43,937 nucleotides of DNA from Candidatus Woesearchaeota archaeon (GCA_016203135.1 JACQNI010000006.1:1-43937), one strand, 5' to 3'; counted from the stretch's first letter, positions 1 through 9,102 are shown. Notes: generated from the sequence alone by a model not told the origin. Numbers and translations: made by a program.

Positions 1-7
1 CTTTATT

Positions 8-61
8 ATGGCAGCAAAAAGGAAAAGAAAAGCAAGCAGCGCAAAAAGAAAGAGAAGATAA
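8..61 (+). CDS. Very basic micro-ORF MAAKRKRKASSAKRKRR (17 aa), or the 3' end of a gene starting before the window
   Basis: ATG at 8, TAA at 59-61, followed by a T-rich tract. The frame is also open to the window start. Confidence 0.45.
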   Translation: MAAKRKRKASSAKRKRR

Positions 62-91
62 TTCTTCTCAAATCTAATTTCTTTATTTTTT

Positions 92-691
92 TTATTTTAT
101 TCTTAATAATTTTCCTTGTTTTCCTGGATTTATAACCCTGCAATTCTTGACCCAATCAACCTTGCTATCGTTCTCATGAAAATGACCACAGACAGCAAGA
201 ATAGGATTTACTTCTTCGATAAATTTTCTTATGGACTTGTTTCCGCGATGCTCTTTTGACCAAGGTAAATAATCTACTGCTGTTCCATAAACAGGGGCAT
301 GAGTTATTAAAATAATTTTATCGTCTTTTTTAATTATTTTTTTGAATTTTTTTGCTAAGTTATCAAATTCTTTGTCTTCCATTGAAAAACCGCTGCCGCC
401 ATATCCTAAAAATAGAAATCCATTTTTTCTTATGAAATCCTTGTGAATATATTTAAGATTTTTAAACTTGCCACATAGCTTTTTGAGTTCATTGTCCATT
501 TCATGGTTTCCTGGAATTATCAATGTTTCTTTATTAAGGTTATTTAACTCATTCAGGAATTTATTTAGATTAGAGCTAAAATTAGAAATATCTCCGGCAC
601 ATATGATTAAATCAGCAAGCTTGGATTTTTCCTTTATTCTCTTTAAAGCTTGCAAGTTTTCATGAAGGTCAACGAACGCCAGGATTTTCAT
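92..691 (-). CDS. Calcineurin-like metallophosphoesterase (Icc-related)
   Basis: Motifs DLH, AGD, PGNHE, THAP and GHFHE. Confidence 0.92.
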   Translation of the reverse strand: MKILAFVDLHENLQALKRIKEKSKLADLIICAGDISNFSSNLNKFLNELNNLNKETLIIPGNHEMDNELKKLCGKFKNLKYIHKDFIRKNGFLFLGYGGSGFSMEDKEFDNLAKKFKKIIKKDDKIILITHAPVYGTAVDYLPWSKEHRGNKSIRKFIEEVNPILAVCGHFHENDSKVDWVKNCRVINPGKQGKLLRIK

Positions 692-742
692 ATAATAATG
701 TTATAAGAAAGTTTTTTATACTTAACTAGTAAGTCAAAAACT

Positions 743-1819
743 ATGGTTCTGATGAATATATTCTTAACAGACTTTGTAAAGGGATTGATACCATTTCAGA
801 ATATCTATCTGAGGGCATTAATAATATTTTTTTTAATCACCTTGTTTCTTTATATTGTGATATTTTTAATAGATAGAGTAGTAAAAACCTTATTTTTAAA
901 AACTAAAACAACACTTGACGATGAGTTGTTTTCTGCTGTGGAAAAGCCATTTTATGCAATAGCATTTCTTGCTGGTTTATGGTTTGGAATTGATGTACTT
1001 GGAATAAATCAATCTATTTTGATGCACATAAACAGATTATTAATGGCATTTATTTTATTTGTATTGTTTTTTCCTGTGCATAGGATTACAAACATACTGA
1101 TAAACTATTGGTTTGGAAAATATACAAGAAGGATAAGGATAACAGTAGATGAAAAATTACTTCCAGTTTTAAATAGAGCTGTTAAGATAATTTATTTTAT
1201 AATCTTTATCTTGTTTATACTAAGGCTTTATCAAGTTGATGTAGGCCCTTTACTTGCAAGCCTGGGAATTGCTGGATTGGCTGTTGGATTGGCTTTACAA
1301 GATACTTTAAAAAATATATTTTCTGGGGCTTCTATTATCTCTGATAAGTCTATCGGGCTTGGAGACAGAATAAAATTGGAGTCAGGAGAGTCTGGAATTG
1401 TTAGGGATATAGGATTAAGAACAACAAGAATAGAAACTCCTGACAAAGAAATAATTATAGTTCCAAATTCGCAGCTTGCAAACAATCGAGTTTTAAATTA
1501 TTCACTGCCAAATCTTAGGACAAGGGTTAATGTTGATGTTGATGTTGGATATGGGGTTGATATTGACAAGGTTAAGAAATTATTGCTGGATTGTGTTAAG
1601 GTTTTGGATAAAGATGCTGTTGATAATAGCAAGGATATAGGAATTTATTTCATGAAGATGGGGGAATTTTCATTGACTTTTAGGCTTGTTGTTCCAATAA
1701 ATGATGTTCATCATAAGTTTTCAATTGAATCAAAGCTGAAGGAAGAAATATATAAAAGACTTAGGAAATCCAAGATAGAAATCCCTTTTCCTACGAGAAC
1801 TATTTACGTTAAAAAGTAG
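743..1819 (+). CDS. mscS: Small-conductance mechanosensitive channel (MscS family)
   Basis: Several N-terminal TM helices, LLASLGIAGLAVGLALQDTLKNIFSG, IGLRTTRI, IVPNS and C-terminal IEIPFP. Confidence 0.95.
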   Translation: MVLMNIFLTDFVKGLIPFQNIYLRALIIFFLITLFLYIVIFLIDRVVKTLFLKTKTTLDDELFSAVEKPFYAIAFLAGLWFGIDVLGINQSILMHINRLLMAFILFVLFFPVHRITNILINYWFGKYTRRIRITVDEKLLPVLNRAVKIIYFIIFILFILRLYQVDVGPLLASLGIAGLAVGLALQDTLKNIFSGASIISDKSIGLGDRIKLESGESGIVRDIGLRTTRIETPDKEIIIVPNSQLANNRVLNYSLPNLRTRVNVDVDVGYGVDIDKVKKLLLDCVKVLDKDAVDNSKDIGIYFMKMGEFSLTFRLVVPINDVHHKFSIESKLKEEIYKRLRKSKIEIPFPTRTIYVKK

Positions 1820-2618
1820 ATGCCTCTGAAAATTGAGTCTGTATTAACTGAAATTTACTTAATTTTTCTAAATCTTTACTAGATAATTTTCCATTTTTGA
1901 TTTTTACGTTAATAGCTCGTAAATATTTAGATACATTTAGAAATTCAACAACCTTTTTAGTTGATCTAAATCTTGTTGGAAAACCATAAATTTCAGTATC
2001 TTCAGGTTCAAAGTCTTTTATTCTATACAATTTAGTGCAATAGTTTGAAACAAATTTACAGAATTTATAAATTGATATTGGTTCTTCTGTAATTCCCTGA
2101 TACACCAGTAATTCAATATTGTCTGGTTTATTTCTTACTAATCCAATCATTGAAATAGGATTAGCATAATCAATTTTGAACCCTTTTAATTGAGTATTAT
2201 CTTCTTTTTCATATACTTTTCTTTCAAACTCGCTTGAAGAAGAATCCCTTAAATTTGTGTTAGCTATTCTTGCATTTAAATAATCAAAAATATCTCCATG
2301 TGATGGATGAAGATTTGATTTTGGAGGATGGAAATGTAAATGTATTAATCTGTAGAATAGGTAGGGTATGTGGTATCCGCTGTTTGGTTCATGTTTATGA
2401 CCTATAATCATATCTGAAGACGCTGTACGTTCTTCTCCTAAAACAGCCTTATTAACATAAGGTTGTGAAAAGGATTCATCTGTATAAACACTAAATCCAG
2501 ACTCTTTGTTATGTTCATAAGACAGGCTTGCAGCTCTATGAATTTCTCTAAGAAAATCCTCTCCACTTACTATATCTACTAACTTTATTTTCTTAGTCAT
2601 AAAATAATAGCTAAACAA
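1809..2618 (-). CDS. Hypothetical protein with JAB/MPN+ (JAMM)-like motif
   Basis: KESGF upstream of HFHPPKSNLHPSHGD, giving E...HxH-x8-S-xx-D. Confidence 0.6.
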   Translation of the reverse strand: MFSYYFMTKKIKLVDIVSGEDFLREIHRAASLSYEHNKESGFSVYTDESFSQPYVNKAVLGEERTASSDMIIGHKHEPNSGYHIPYLFYRLIHLHFHPPKSNLHPSHGDIFDYLNARIANTNLRDSSSSEFERKVYEKEDNTQLKGFKIDYANPISMIGLVRNKPDNIELLVYQGITEEPISIYKFCKFVSNYCTKLYRIKDFEPEDTEIYGFPTRFRSTKKVVEFLNVSKYLRAINVKIKNGKLSSKDLEKLSKFQLIQTQFSEASTF

Positions 2619-2666
2619 TAAAATTTATAAATTTATTCTTATTAGTTAGTGGTATTAAATGTAAAA

Positions 2667-3041
2667 ATGGTAGACTATCCGCTTGTGAATTGGCCTGAGA
2701 AATCAGGAGGTTATAAAGTAGTTCAATTTGATAGTGATGAGTATCCATATCTAAGATTTTCTATAAAATCTAAAGAATTTACAGATTTTCATCAATTTAT
2801 TCTAGAGAGATTTGCTAGAGAAATTGGTGTGGAATGTACAAAAATTTCTGGTCTATATGGATTAATACCCGCATTACCAACCAATGTTCCTTATAGAATG
2901 ATTGGAGCTGGAATATGTGATTTAAATCTTGAAAAACATATTGCTACTTTTGGTGGAAACAGTCGTGATTATACAATTGGAATAAATCAAGACCATCTAC
3001 AAAGATTTATGATGAAATTTCCTGAATGGCAAATCAGATGA
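2667..3041 (+). CDS. Small protein resembling the PHPT1/Janus/Ocnus phosphohistidine phosphatase fold
   Basis: ATG at 2667 is in frame with ORF 2649. Ordered motifs GGYKVV, LRF, FHQFI, GAG, FGGNSRDY, FPEW. Confidence 0.5.
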   Translation: MVDYPLVNWPEKSGGYKVVQFDSDEYPYLRFSIKSKEFTDFHQFILERFAREIGVECTKISGLYGLIPALPTNVPYRMIGAGICDLNLEKHIATFGGNSRDYTIGINQDHLQRFMMKFPEWQIR

Positions 3042-3156
3042 TTTCTTCTGGTATTGCTGAAAAAAATGAAGGTAATTCCAAATTATTTTAAGGAATATTT
3101 ATAAATTTGATGGTATTACCGACATAATAAAAGATTTTATCAGAACTTAAGATAAA

Positions 3157-3987
3157 ATGGAAATAAGATTTGCTGCATTATGGAATAGGATTGGAGCAAA
3201 AGAAGCTCATGAAGAAAAATTTGCTAAATTAGTTTCTATGTATTCAGAACCTCAAAGATTTTACCATAATATGGATCATGTTAAAAACTTGCTAGTGGAG
3301 TTAGATTCTGTAAAAAATCCATTTGGACTTCAACCTGATTTAGTTGAATTAGCGATTTGGTATCATGATGCTATTTACAACACTCGGGCTAAAGACAATG
3401 AAGAAAGAAGTGCACAATTGGCTTATGATGTTTGTATATCTGCTCAACTCCCAGAAACATTAGGTAAAAGAGTAAAAAACTTAATATTAGCAACTAAGCA
3501 TGATGTAGTTCCTAATGGAATAGATGCAAGAGTTTTGATAGATATTGATTTATCAATACTTGGAAAATCTCCTCAAGAATTTGATGAATATGAAAAAAAT
3601 ATTAGAAAAGAATACTCTTGGGTTCCTGAAGATAAATATAGAGAAGGAAGAAGTGCAATACTTAAAAGGTTTTTAGATAGAAGTGAGATATATTTAACTG
3701 ATTTTTTTAGGAGCAAATATGAAATACAAGCACGTGAAAATATCATTCATTCAATGAAAAAGCTGGAGAATAGTTCTACAGGAAGCTTGGAATCTAAATT
3801 GAGATTATCTGAGAGAGATATGAAGGATCTTCCAGAAGCAAGCATATTTAGCCATTGGTTAGAAGACGATACCAAAGAAAAACCTTATCCTGAAGCAGGC
3901 ATTGGATTATTCAGTAACTATGTGGAATCTTGTGAAAAAAAAGATCTTCCAGAAGCAAGTATATTTAGCCATTGGTCAGATGATTAA
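3157..3987 (+). CDS. HD-superfamily metal-dependent phosphohydrolase with repeated C-terminal extension
   Basis: RFYHNMDH, AIWYHDAIY, NEERSA, ILATKH, DIDLSILG, IRKEY. Confidence 0.9.
   Translation: MEIRFAALWNRIGAKEAHEEKFAKLVSMYSEPQRFYHNMDHVKNLLVELDSVKNPFGLQPDLVELAIWYHDAIYNTRAKDNEERSAQLAYDVCISAQLPETLGKRVKNLILATKHDVVPNGIDARVLIDIDLSILGKSPQEFDEYEKNIRKEYSWVPEDKYREGRSAILKRFLDRSEIYLTDFFRSKYEIQARENIIHSMKKLENSSTGSLESKLRLSERDMKDLPEASIFSHWLEDDTKEKPYPEAGIGLFSNYVESCEKKDLPEASIFSHWSDD
3826..3984 (+). repeat. Coding direct repeat (DLPEASIFSHW twice), 117-nt period
   Basis: gatcttccagaagcaagYatatttagccattggt starts at 3826 and at 3943. Confidence 0.9.
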
Positions 3988-4161
3988 TTTTTCTAAATTC
4001 TTTGTTGGTGTCCACTTTCTATTTTATGGTTTTTGAAAATTACATTTAAAATTAATCTAGAGATCCCGGTTTGCAAATTCTTTTATCTTTAAATGTTGAA
4101 TCAAGAAAAAAAATAGAAAAATTATTCTGCAAGGCTTTGAGGAATATAAAAGTAAATGTCT

Positions 4162-4266
4162 TTATTCTAAATATCCTACCATGAATGCCTCTTCCCATGC
4201 AGCCAATTCATCGTCTTCAACCATCTCTTGAAGCAACTCCTCCATGTAAACATCATTTTCTCTCAT
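4162..4266 (-). CDS. Acidic micro-protein MRENDVYMEELLQEMVEDDELAAWEEAFMVGYLE (34 aa)
   Basis: SD GAGGTGA just upstream of the ATG at 4266, TAA at 4162-4164. Missed by the ORF track. Confidence 0.75.
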   Translation of the reverse strand: MRENDVYMEELLQEMVEDDELAAWEEAFMVGYLE

Positions 4267-4345
4267 TTTTATCACCTCTTTTTAATGGTAGATTTACTAA
4301 TGTTTTGCTCAGCAATGAGCTTATTGTCTTCATGCTTGTATCCAT
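4253..4345 (-). CDS. Micro-ORF MDTSMKTISSLLSKTLVNLPLKRGDKNERK (30 aa)
   Basis: SD AGGAGGTGG before the ATG at 4345. Its TGA lies just inside the next micro-ORF, suggesting translational coupling. Confidence 0.55.
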   Translation of the reverse strand: MDTSMKTISSLLSKTLVNLPLKRGDKNERK

Positions 4346-4374
4346 ATCATCCACCTCCTTTGATATGTTCTAGG

Positions 4375-4463
4375 ATAGAGCTCACGCTATATTCATTCAA
4401 CTATTAGCTCTATGCCAAGAATTTTCTTAACTCTTAATATTCATAGGAAAATTTATTTATAAA
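4375..4463 (-). promoter_or_regulatory. Putative TATA box and 5' leader hairpin of the micro-ORF pair
   Basis: TTTATAAA at 4456-4463. Inverted repeat atagagct (4375-4382) / agctctat (4406-4413). Confidence 0.45.
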
Positions 4464-4517
4464 TCCTGCGGGTATGTTGTCGCGAGTGTCGTCTAGGAAT
4501 ATACTAGAAAATATACT

Positions 4518-5585
4518 TTAGAATTCAACTAATTTTTTATCAACACACCTTAAATTATAGGTTTTTCCACCTTTTTTAGAAATAACTTCGTCTAAAAAAA
4601 TAACCTTATTCTTTGCCAATTCCTTTATCTTTCTTTGAAATGTTCTAATACTTTTATCATTTTTTTTCTTGTATTCTTCATATATTTCTAAAATATCTTT
4701 ATTTACATTGTTTTTAATAAGCTCAACGATTTCTTTTTCTTCTTCATCCAGTTCTAATGGAATTTTTATCTTGTAGTTTTTCAGCCTTGATACTGCTTCT
4801 TGTGAATGCTCTAAAGTTATTTTTTTTGATGATTTTTCTTCTGCAATGTTTCCTGACTCTTGTAATAAAAAAAGTCCTGTTCTTATGTCTTGAACTTCAT
4901 GGCTTTTTTTAGCAATAACCTCAAACGCATCCTGAGAAAATGCATCTTTTACAAATGCATATTTTTTCCTTTCATTAAGGATATCCTTTGTCTGCTCATA
5001 ATTATATGGCTTAAATTCCAGTTCAGACAATGAAAGCCTTGATTTTAATCTTGCATCTAAGCCGATTAAAAATTTTTTATCATTGGTTATGAAAAAAATG
5101 CATTTTCTGTAGATATCTTCAAGTAAATTGTATATGGTTTGAAAATCACTTAATTTATCTACTTCGTCTAGGACTATGACTGCAGATTTTTTATTCAATC
5201 TTGTTTTAATTTCTTCAAATAATTCATCTGTGCCTTTGTTATGGGTAAATTTATAGCCTAATTGATGGCATATCTCTATTGCCATCTTATGGGAGGTATC
5301 CTTTTTCCAGCAGTTTATGTAAATTGTTTCTATCTCATCTGTTTTTTCATTCAATTCATTCAATACATGAATTAAGCTCACTGTTTTTCCTATTCCTGGC
5401 TGTCCGAAAATAAAAAGATTTTTTCCAGATCTTTTTTCAAACAATGGTTTTATGCAAGAGGCTATGAAATGCTGCTGATTTTCCCTATGAGGAACAAGCT
5501 TTGGCTGATAATCATATGATAACATATGTTCATTAAGAAATAAAGATTCATTGTTTATTGAAAAGTCCTTAAATAGATTGCCCAT
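4518..5585 (-). CDS. cdc6: Cdc6/Orc1 AAA+ replication initiator
   Basis: N-terminal LSYDYQPKLVPHRE, Walker A GQPGIGKT, YINCW, Walker B LDEVD, PYNYEQ, C-terminal wHTH-like region. Confidence 0.93.
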   Translation of the reverse strand: MGNLFKDFSINNESLFLNEHMLSYDYQPKLVPHRENQQHFIASCIKPLFEKRSGKNLFIFGQPGIGKTVSLIHVLNELNEKTDEIETIYINCWKKDTSHKMAIEICHQLGYKFTHNKGTDELFEEIKTRLNKKSAVIVLDEVDKLSDFQTIYNLLEDIYRKCIFFITNDKKFLIGLDARLKSRLSLSELEFKPYNYEQTKDILNERKKYAFVKDAFSQDAFEVIAKKSHEVQDIRTGLFLLQESGNIAEEKSSKKITLEHSQEAVSRLKNYKIKIPLELDEEEKEIVELIKNNVNKDILEIYEEYKKKNDKSIRTFQRKIKELAKNKVIFLDEVISKKGGKTYNLRCVDKKLVEF

Positions 5586-5713
5586 AATGGCATTGATATT
5601 ATAATATTTTTAATGTTTTCTATTTATTCTAGACTAGGTTTCTCCTGATGGGGAATTGATTTTTAGTGAAGCGTTGTGAAGTAAAAATTGGCGAAGAGTT
5701 GGACGTTAACATA

Positions 5714-6115
5714 TTAAGAATTACCAGATAGTTTTGCTTCTTGTACCATTCTATTCCATTCTCTTGGAGAGTAATGTCCCACCTTTTTTAAAGCTGATCT
5801 TTGTGCATTTAGAGGTATGACCTGCCGTGGTCCACTAATCCTAGATTCTCCAAATTGTTTGTAAGTTTCATTGAGATAATAAATAGTATCAGGTGTTTCA
5901 TGAGGATCGGCTCGAACAAAATATGAGAGTGGGACTATAGGGATTCCAATCACTCCATTTTGGTCCAATCTAATATACATATACCTAATATTATCAAGTT
6001 CAACAATGTCGCCTGGAGCAAGTCCATTCCATTTATTTTCTCTTATATATCTTCGTAATTTTATATGGTTTCTTACTTCTCCAACAACTTTATCAATTAT
6101 ATTATCTAGGTTCAT
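5714..6115 (-). CDS. Hypothetical protein
   Basis: 133-aa ORF overlapping the stop of the upstream gene. No motif recognised. Confidence 0.7.
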   Translation of the reverse strand: MNLDNIIDKVVGEVRNHIKLRRYIRENKWNGLAPGDIVELDNIRYMYIRLDQNGVIGIPIVPLSYFVRADPHETPDTIYYLNETYKQFGESRISGPRQVIPLNAQRSALKKVGHYSPREWNRMVQEAKLSGNS

Positions 6116-6726
6116 TTTACAAGAGGTTTTAATGCAACAATCTTGCTTTCTTCAACTTTACCTGCTAATATTACATTATCAGAAGGAGTGAAATCATTTG
6201 CTGGCTCTTTACTTTCTATGGTTATGACTATCCTGTAATCTCTACTTGAATCTAATAGGTTTACAGGCCAGTCAACTTCATCATTGCTGCCTATTTGGGC
6301 AAATTTAGCAGAGAAAGGATCATCGCTTATCACTTTATTATCTTGATCTACAATATAACCGTTTTCATCTATATTAAATTTACCAGTGCTTATCTTTGCA
6401 ATAGCTTCATCGTCTTTAAATTCAACTATCCAGCCTTCATATAGATTATTAGATAATGGCTTTAGGCCTTCAAAACCAAGGATTATTAAATCATTTTTGT
6501 CATCATTACTGCTTGTTATTGTTGCAAAACCTAATATGCCTTCTAGACTGAATTCTTCTTTTGTCTCAGTAACTTTTTCTATAGGGTTTACTGGAATTTC
6601 TTGAACTGAGCTTGAAGTTATACTTTTAAAACTTATATTATCTGAAGCAATAAAGTAACCAACGACTAGACCTATTATTAGGAAAAGTATAGAATATTTA
6701 AATCTAAGCTTGTTTATCAGTCTCAT
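6112..6726 (-). CDS. Membrane-anchored protein with RskA/anti-sigma-like extracellular beta domain
   Basis: N-terminal TM helix, then LKPL...YEGWIV...ISTGKF...IVITIE...PS...L.G. Confidence 0.6.
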   Translation of the reverse strand: MRLINKLRFKYSILFLIIGLVVGYFIASDNISFKSITSSSVQEIPVNPIEKVTETKEEFSLEGILGFATITSSNDDKNDLIILGFEGLKPLSNNLYEGWIVEFKDDEAIAKISTGKFNIDENGYIVDQDNKVISDDPFSAKFAQIGSNDEVDWPVNLLDSSRDYRIVITIESKEPANDFTPSDNVILAGKVEESKIVALKPLVK

Positions 6727-6809
6727 TTTTTAATATAATTGAGAGAGTTTATATATAAACTTTTATCTGTTTTATAATGATTATCACATTACCTTGATTA
6801 AAGAATATA

Positions 6810-7187
6810 TTAATCTTTCTTTTTGCTTCTAAATGTAGAAGCTAGGTCTATTATATACTTGCCGTCTTCAAGCCTATAGACAAGTGGTTTCCCTTTAAAC
6901 AATTCAACAACATCAAGCTGGTACTTGCCTGGCTCTAATACCCTTATGGATTCAAGATCAAGGACAACTGGGCTTTCATCCCCTTCAATGCCTATAAGCT
7001 CAAAAACATCCTTTTCAATCTGGATTTTTTCTTCTGGAGTAAGGTTCTTGACTATTTCTTCTGCTTCTTTTAGCTGATTTTCCTTGATAAAGAAAAAGAA
7101 CTTTCCACCACATTCATTGCAACCTTTAAGAAGATTAACACTACCATCTGGATAAATTATATTGCACTTGACACACTGGTGAGGCAT
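6810..7187 (-). CDS. oapC: Zn-ribbon protein OapC/ArvC (DUF2072)
   Basis: MPHQCVKC...LLKGCNECGGKFF, LESIRVLEPGKYQLDV, GKYIIDL. Confidence 0.88.
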   Translation of the reverse strand: MPHQCVKCNIIYPDGSVNLLKGCNECGGKFFFFIKENQLKEAEEIVKNLTPEEKIQIEKDVFELIGIEGDESPVVLDLESIRVLEPGKYQLDVVELFKGKPLVYRLEDGKYIIDLASTFRSKKKD

Positions 7188-7570
7188 TATCTCCTCCTTT
7201 TTCTTATTTTGTCTACAGTGAACAATTGAACCTTTGTTGGATCTTTTCTAATCTCTTTTATAATAGCTGCAGGACCGATGATTGTAAATCCTTGCCTGTT
7301 GCCTACTAACAAGCTAACCATACCAGCTTTAAACTTGCTGATAAGGCCATAGTCTTCTTCTGCTTTAATTGTACATAATTCAATTCCTTTAAATGATTTG
7401 GTCACATTTTCCATTGTTCTTTCAATCAATGCAGCTTCTTCATTAGACCTAAGCTTTCCTTCTACTAGGACTATTTTGTTTTCCTTGACAAGATCTAAAA
7501 TTTTCTTAATCTTGCCAGAAGTTGTCAAATTATTAATTTCTTTGTATGGGATAAACTGCAAAGTTAACAT
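7187..7570 (-). CDS. oapB: OapB/ArvB (DUF2073)
   Basis: KIKKILDLVKENKIVLVEGKL..EEAALIERTM, FKGIE, TIIGPA. Middle gene of the triplet. Confidence 0.88.
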   Translation of the reverse strand: MLTLQFIPYKEINNLTTSGKIKKILDLVKENKIVLVEGKLRSNEEAALIERTMENVTKSFKGIELCTIKAEEDYGLISKFKAGMVSLLVGNRQGFTIIGPAAIIKEIRKDPTKVQLFTVDKIRKRRR

Positions 7571-8208
7571 TATTTTATCACCCTAAACAAGCTTTCATAA
7601 AATTCTTCTATGTTATTTCCATTTAATGCTGAAACTCCAATCACTTCATATTGGGGAAATGCATCTTCAATGGCTTTCAAGTTAGATTTTTTTAAATCTA
7701 CTTTATTTCCTATAACCAAAACAGGGATGTTTCTTGCTTGTAAATTTCCTAAAATAGTTAAATTTACTTGGGAATATGGATTTTTTGTGCTGTCTAAAAC
7801 AACTAAAACACAGTCCATATTGTCAAGCCATTTTATTGCTTCTATGACACCTTTTGTTGCTTCTTTTGCTCGTTTTTTTGCTTCCTTGACAGACATCCTA
7901 TGCTTTAAAAAGTCTTCATAATCAATTCTTGTCGCTATTCCCGGGGTATCTACAAGATTAAAGCTGATGCTTTTACCTTTTTTTGATTTTATTTCTACTT
8001 TCTCTTTGATTTTTATCTCTCTTGTTTCATGTGGGATACTAGAAACAATGCCCATTTCTTCTCCGATCCAATCAACACAGATTTTGTTTGCTAAACTAGT
8101 TTTTCCAGAATTAACAGGGCCGTATAGGCCTAATTTAATATTTTTCTTTTGCTTAAATATATTGTTTAACACCCTTTTTATGAAATCACCTATGCGAATA
8201 ATCATCAT
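7570..8208 (-). CDS. oapA: Small Era-like GTPase OapA/ArvA
   Basis: GPVNSGKTS, PHETR, DTPG, AKEATKGVIEAIKWL, NKVDL, SAL. Confidence 0.9.
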   Translation of the reverse strand: MMIIRIGDFIKRVLNNIFKQKKNIKLGLYGPVNSGKTSLANKICVDWIGEEMGIVSSIPHETREIKIKEKVEIKSKKGKSISFNLVDTPGIATRIDYEDFLKHRMSVKEAKKRAKEATKGVIEAIKWLDNMDCVLVVLDSTKNPYSQVNLTILGNLQARNIPVLVIGNKVDLKKSNLKAIEDAFPQYEVIGVSALNGNNIEEFYESLFRVIK

Positions 8209-8319
8209 TAAAATAAATGAGTTAGTATATTATTAAGCTTTTCGGTGATATTTTAACAATACTATGAAAAACTGGAAATCTATATAAAGTTTGTAATATA
8301 ATCTTTTTTTGATATAACT

Positions 8320-9102
8320 ATGAAGGCTAAAATCTTAAGCTATGAAAGTAAGTTACGAGAGAGAATTATAGAAGGCTTTATAGAACAAATTGGAAACAAG
8401 AATAGACAGGCATCAGATGTAGCAGATTCATTTTATACATTAATGATGGATGATCCTATTTCAGCTATAAATAAATTAACTTCCTATATTGAACAGGCAA
8501 GAGATGTTAATGAAAACAGATACTTTGTAGAAGCAATTGCTGGCGGCCCAAATCATGATTGGACTGGGCCAATGTTAGATATTGTTGGGATAGTCTACCC
8601 TTCGTTAGAAAGAGAAGCAAGAATAAATGGTTTGGAAAAAATCCTTAATTTTCTTGACGGTCTAAATTATTTTAATTCACAATCTAATGTTGAATTGATT
8701 AATGAACCGTGGCTTGTTGCTGATATAGTGATAAATCGTTCATTATACTGGTGTGGATATGAAGAATATACAAAACTTCTTAAGGGCAATAGAACTTGGC
8801 GAGAACTTGAACCGCATATGAAATCAATTAGGAGTGCATTTTGGTTGGCCATAACAGTTACAATACCAGAGTATTCTTCGCTTGAATTAAGAACAGATTT
8901 TTATAAAGAATTCCCTACTTTAATAGATAGAACAAAAGATGCCATCGCTGCTATTACATTTAACCATGCACAAAATGCTAATAAAAGGGATGGAACTATA
9001 GTTGAAGATTATATTCAAAAAAGCTTATCTAAATATGATCCTTTATTCCATAATCCTATAAGGAAAAAAATGGAAGAGGAAAAATGGATAAGGTTTATCT
9101 AG
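8320..9102 (+). CDS. Hypothetical, probably helical protein
   Basis: 260-aa ORF with an upstream TATA-like tatataaa. No family recognised. Confidence 0.75.
   Translation: MKAKILSYESKLRERIIEGFIEQIGNKNRQASDVADSFYTLMMDDPISAINKLTSYIEQARDVNENRYFVEAIAGGPNHDWTGPMLDIVGIVYPSLEREARINGLEKILNFLDGLNYFNSQSNVELINEPWLVADIVINRSLYWCGYEEYTKLLKGNRTWRELEPHMKSIRSAFWLAITVTIPEYSSLELRTDFYKEFPTLIDRTKDAIAAITFNHAQNANKRDGTIVEDYIQKSLSKYDPLFHNPIRKKMEEEKWIRFI

Noticed and set aside
4185-4373. 62-aa plus-strand ORF in the track
   Set aside because: Antisense to two SD-led minus-strand micro-ORFs that are better supported.
5586-5713. oriC/ORB upstream of cdc6 (ttctcctgatggggaa)
   Set aside because: Single imperfect palindrome with a poor match to the TCCA..TGGA plus G-string consensus, and not repeated.
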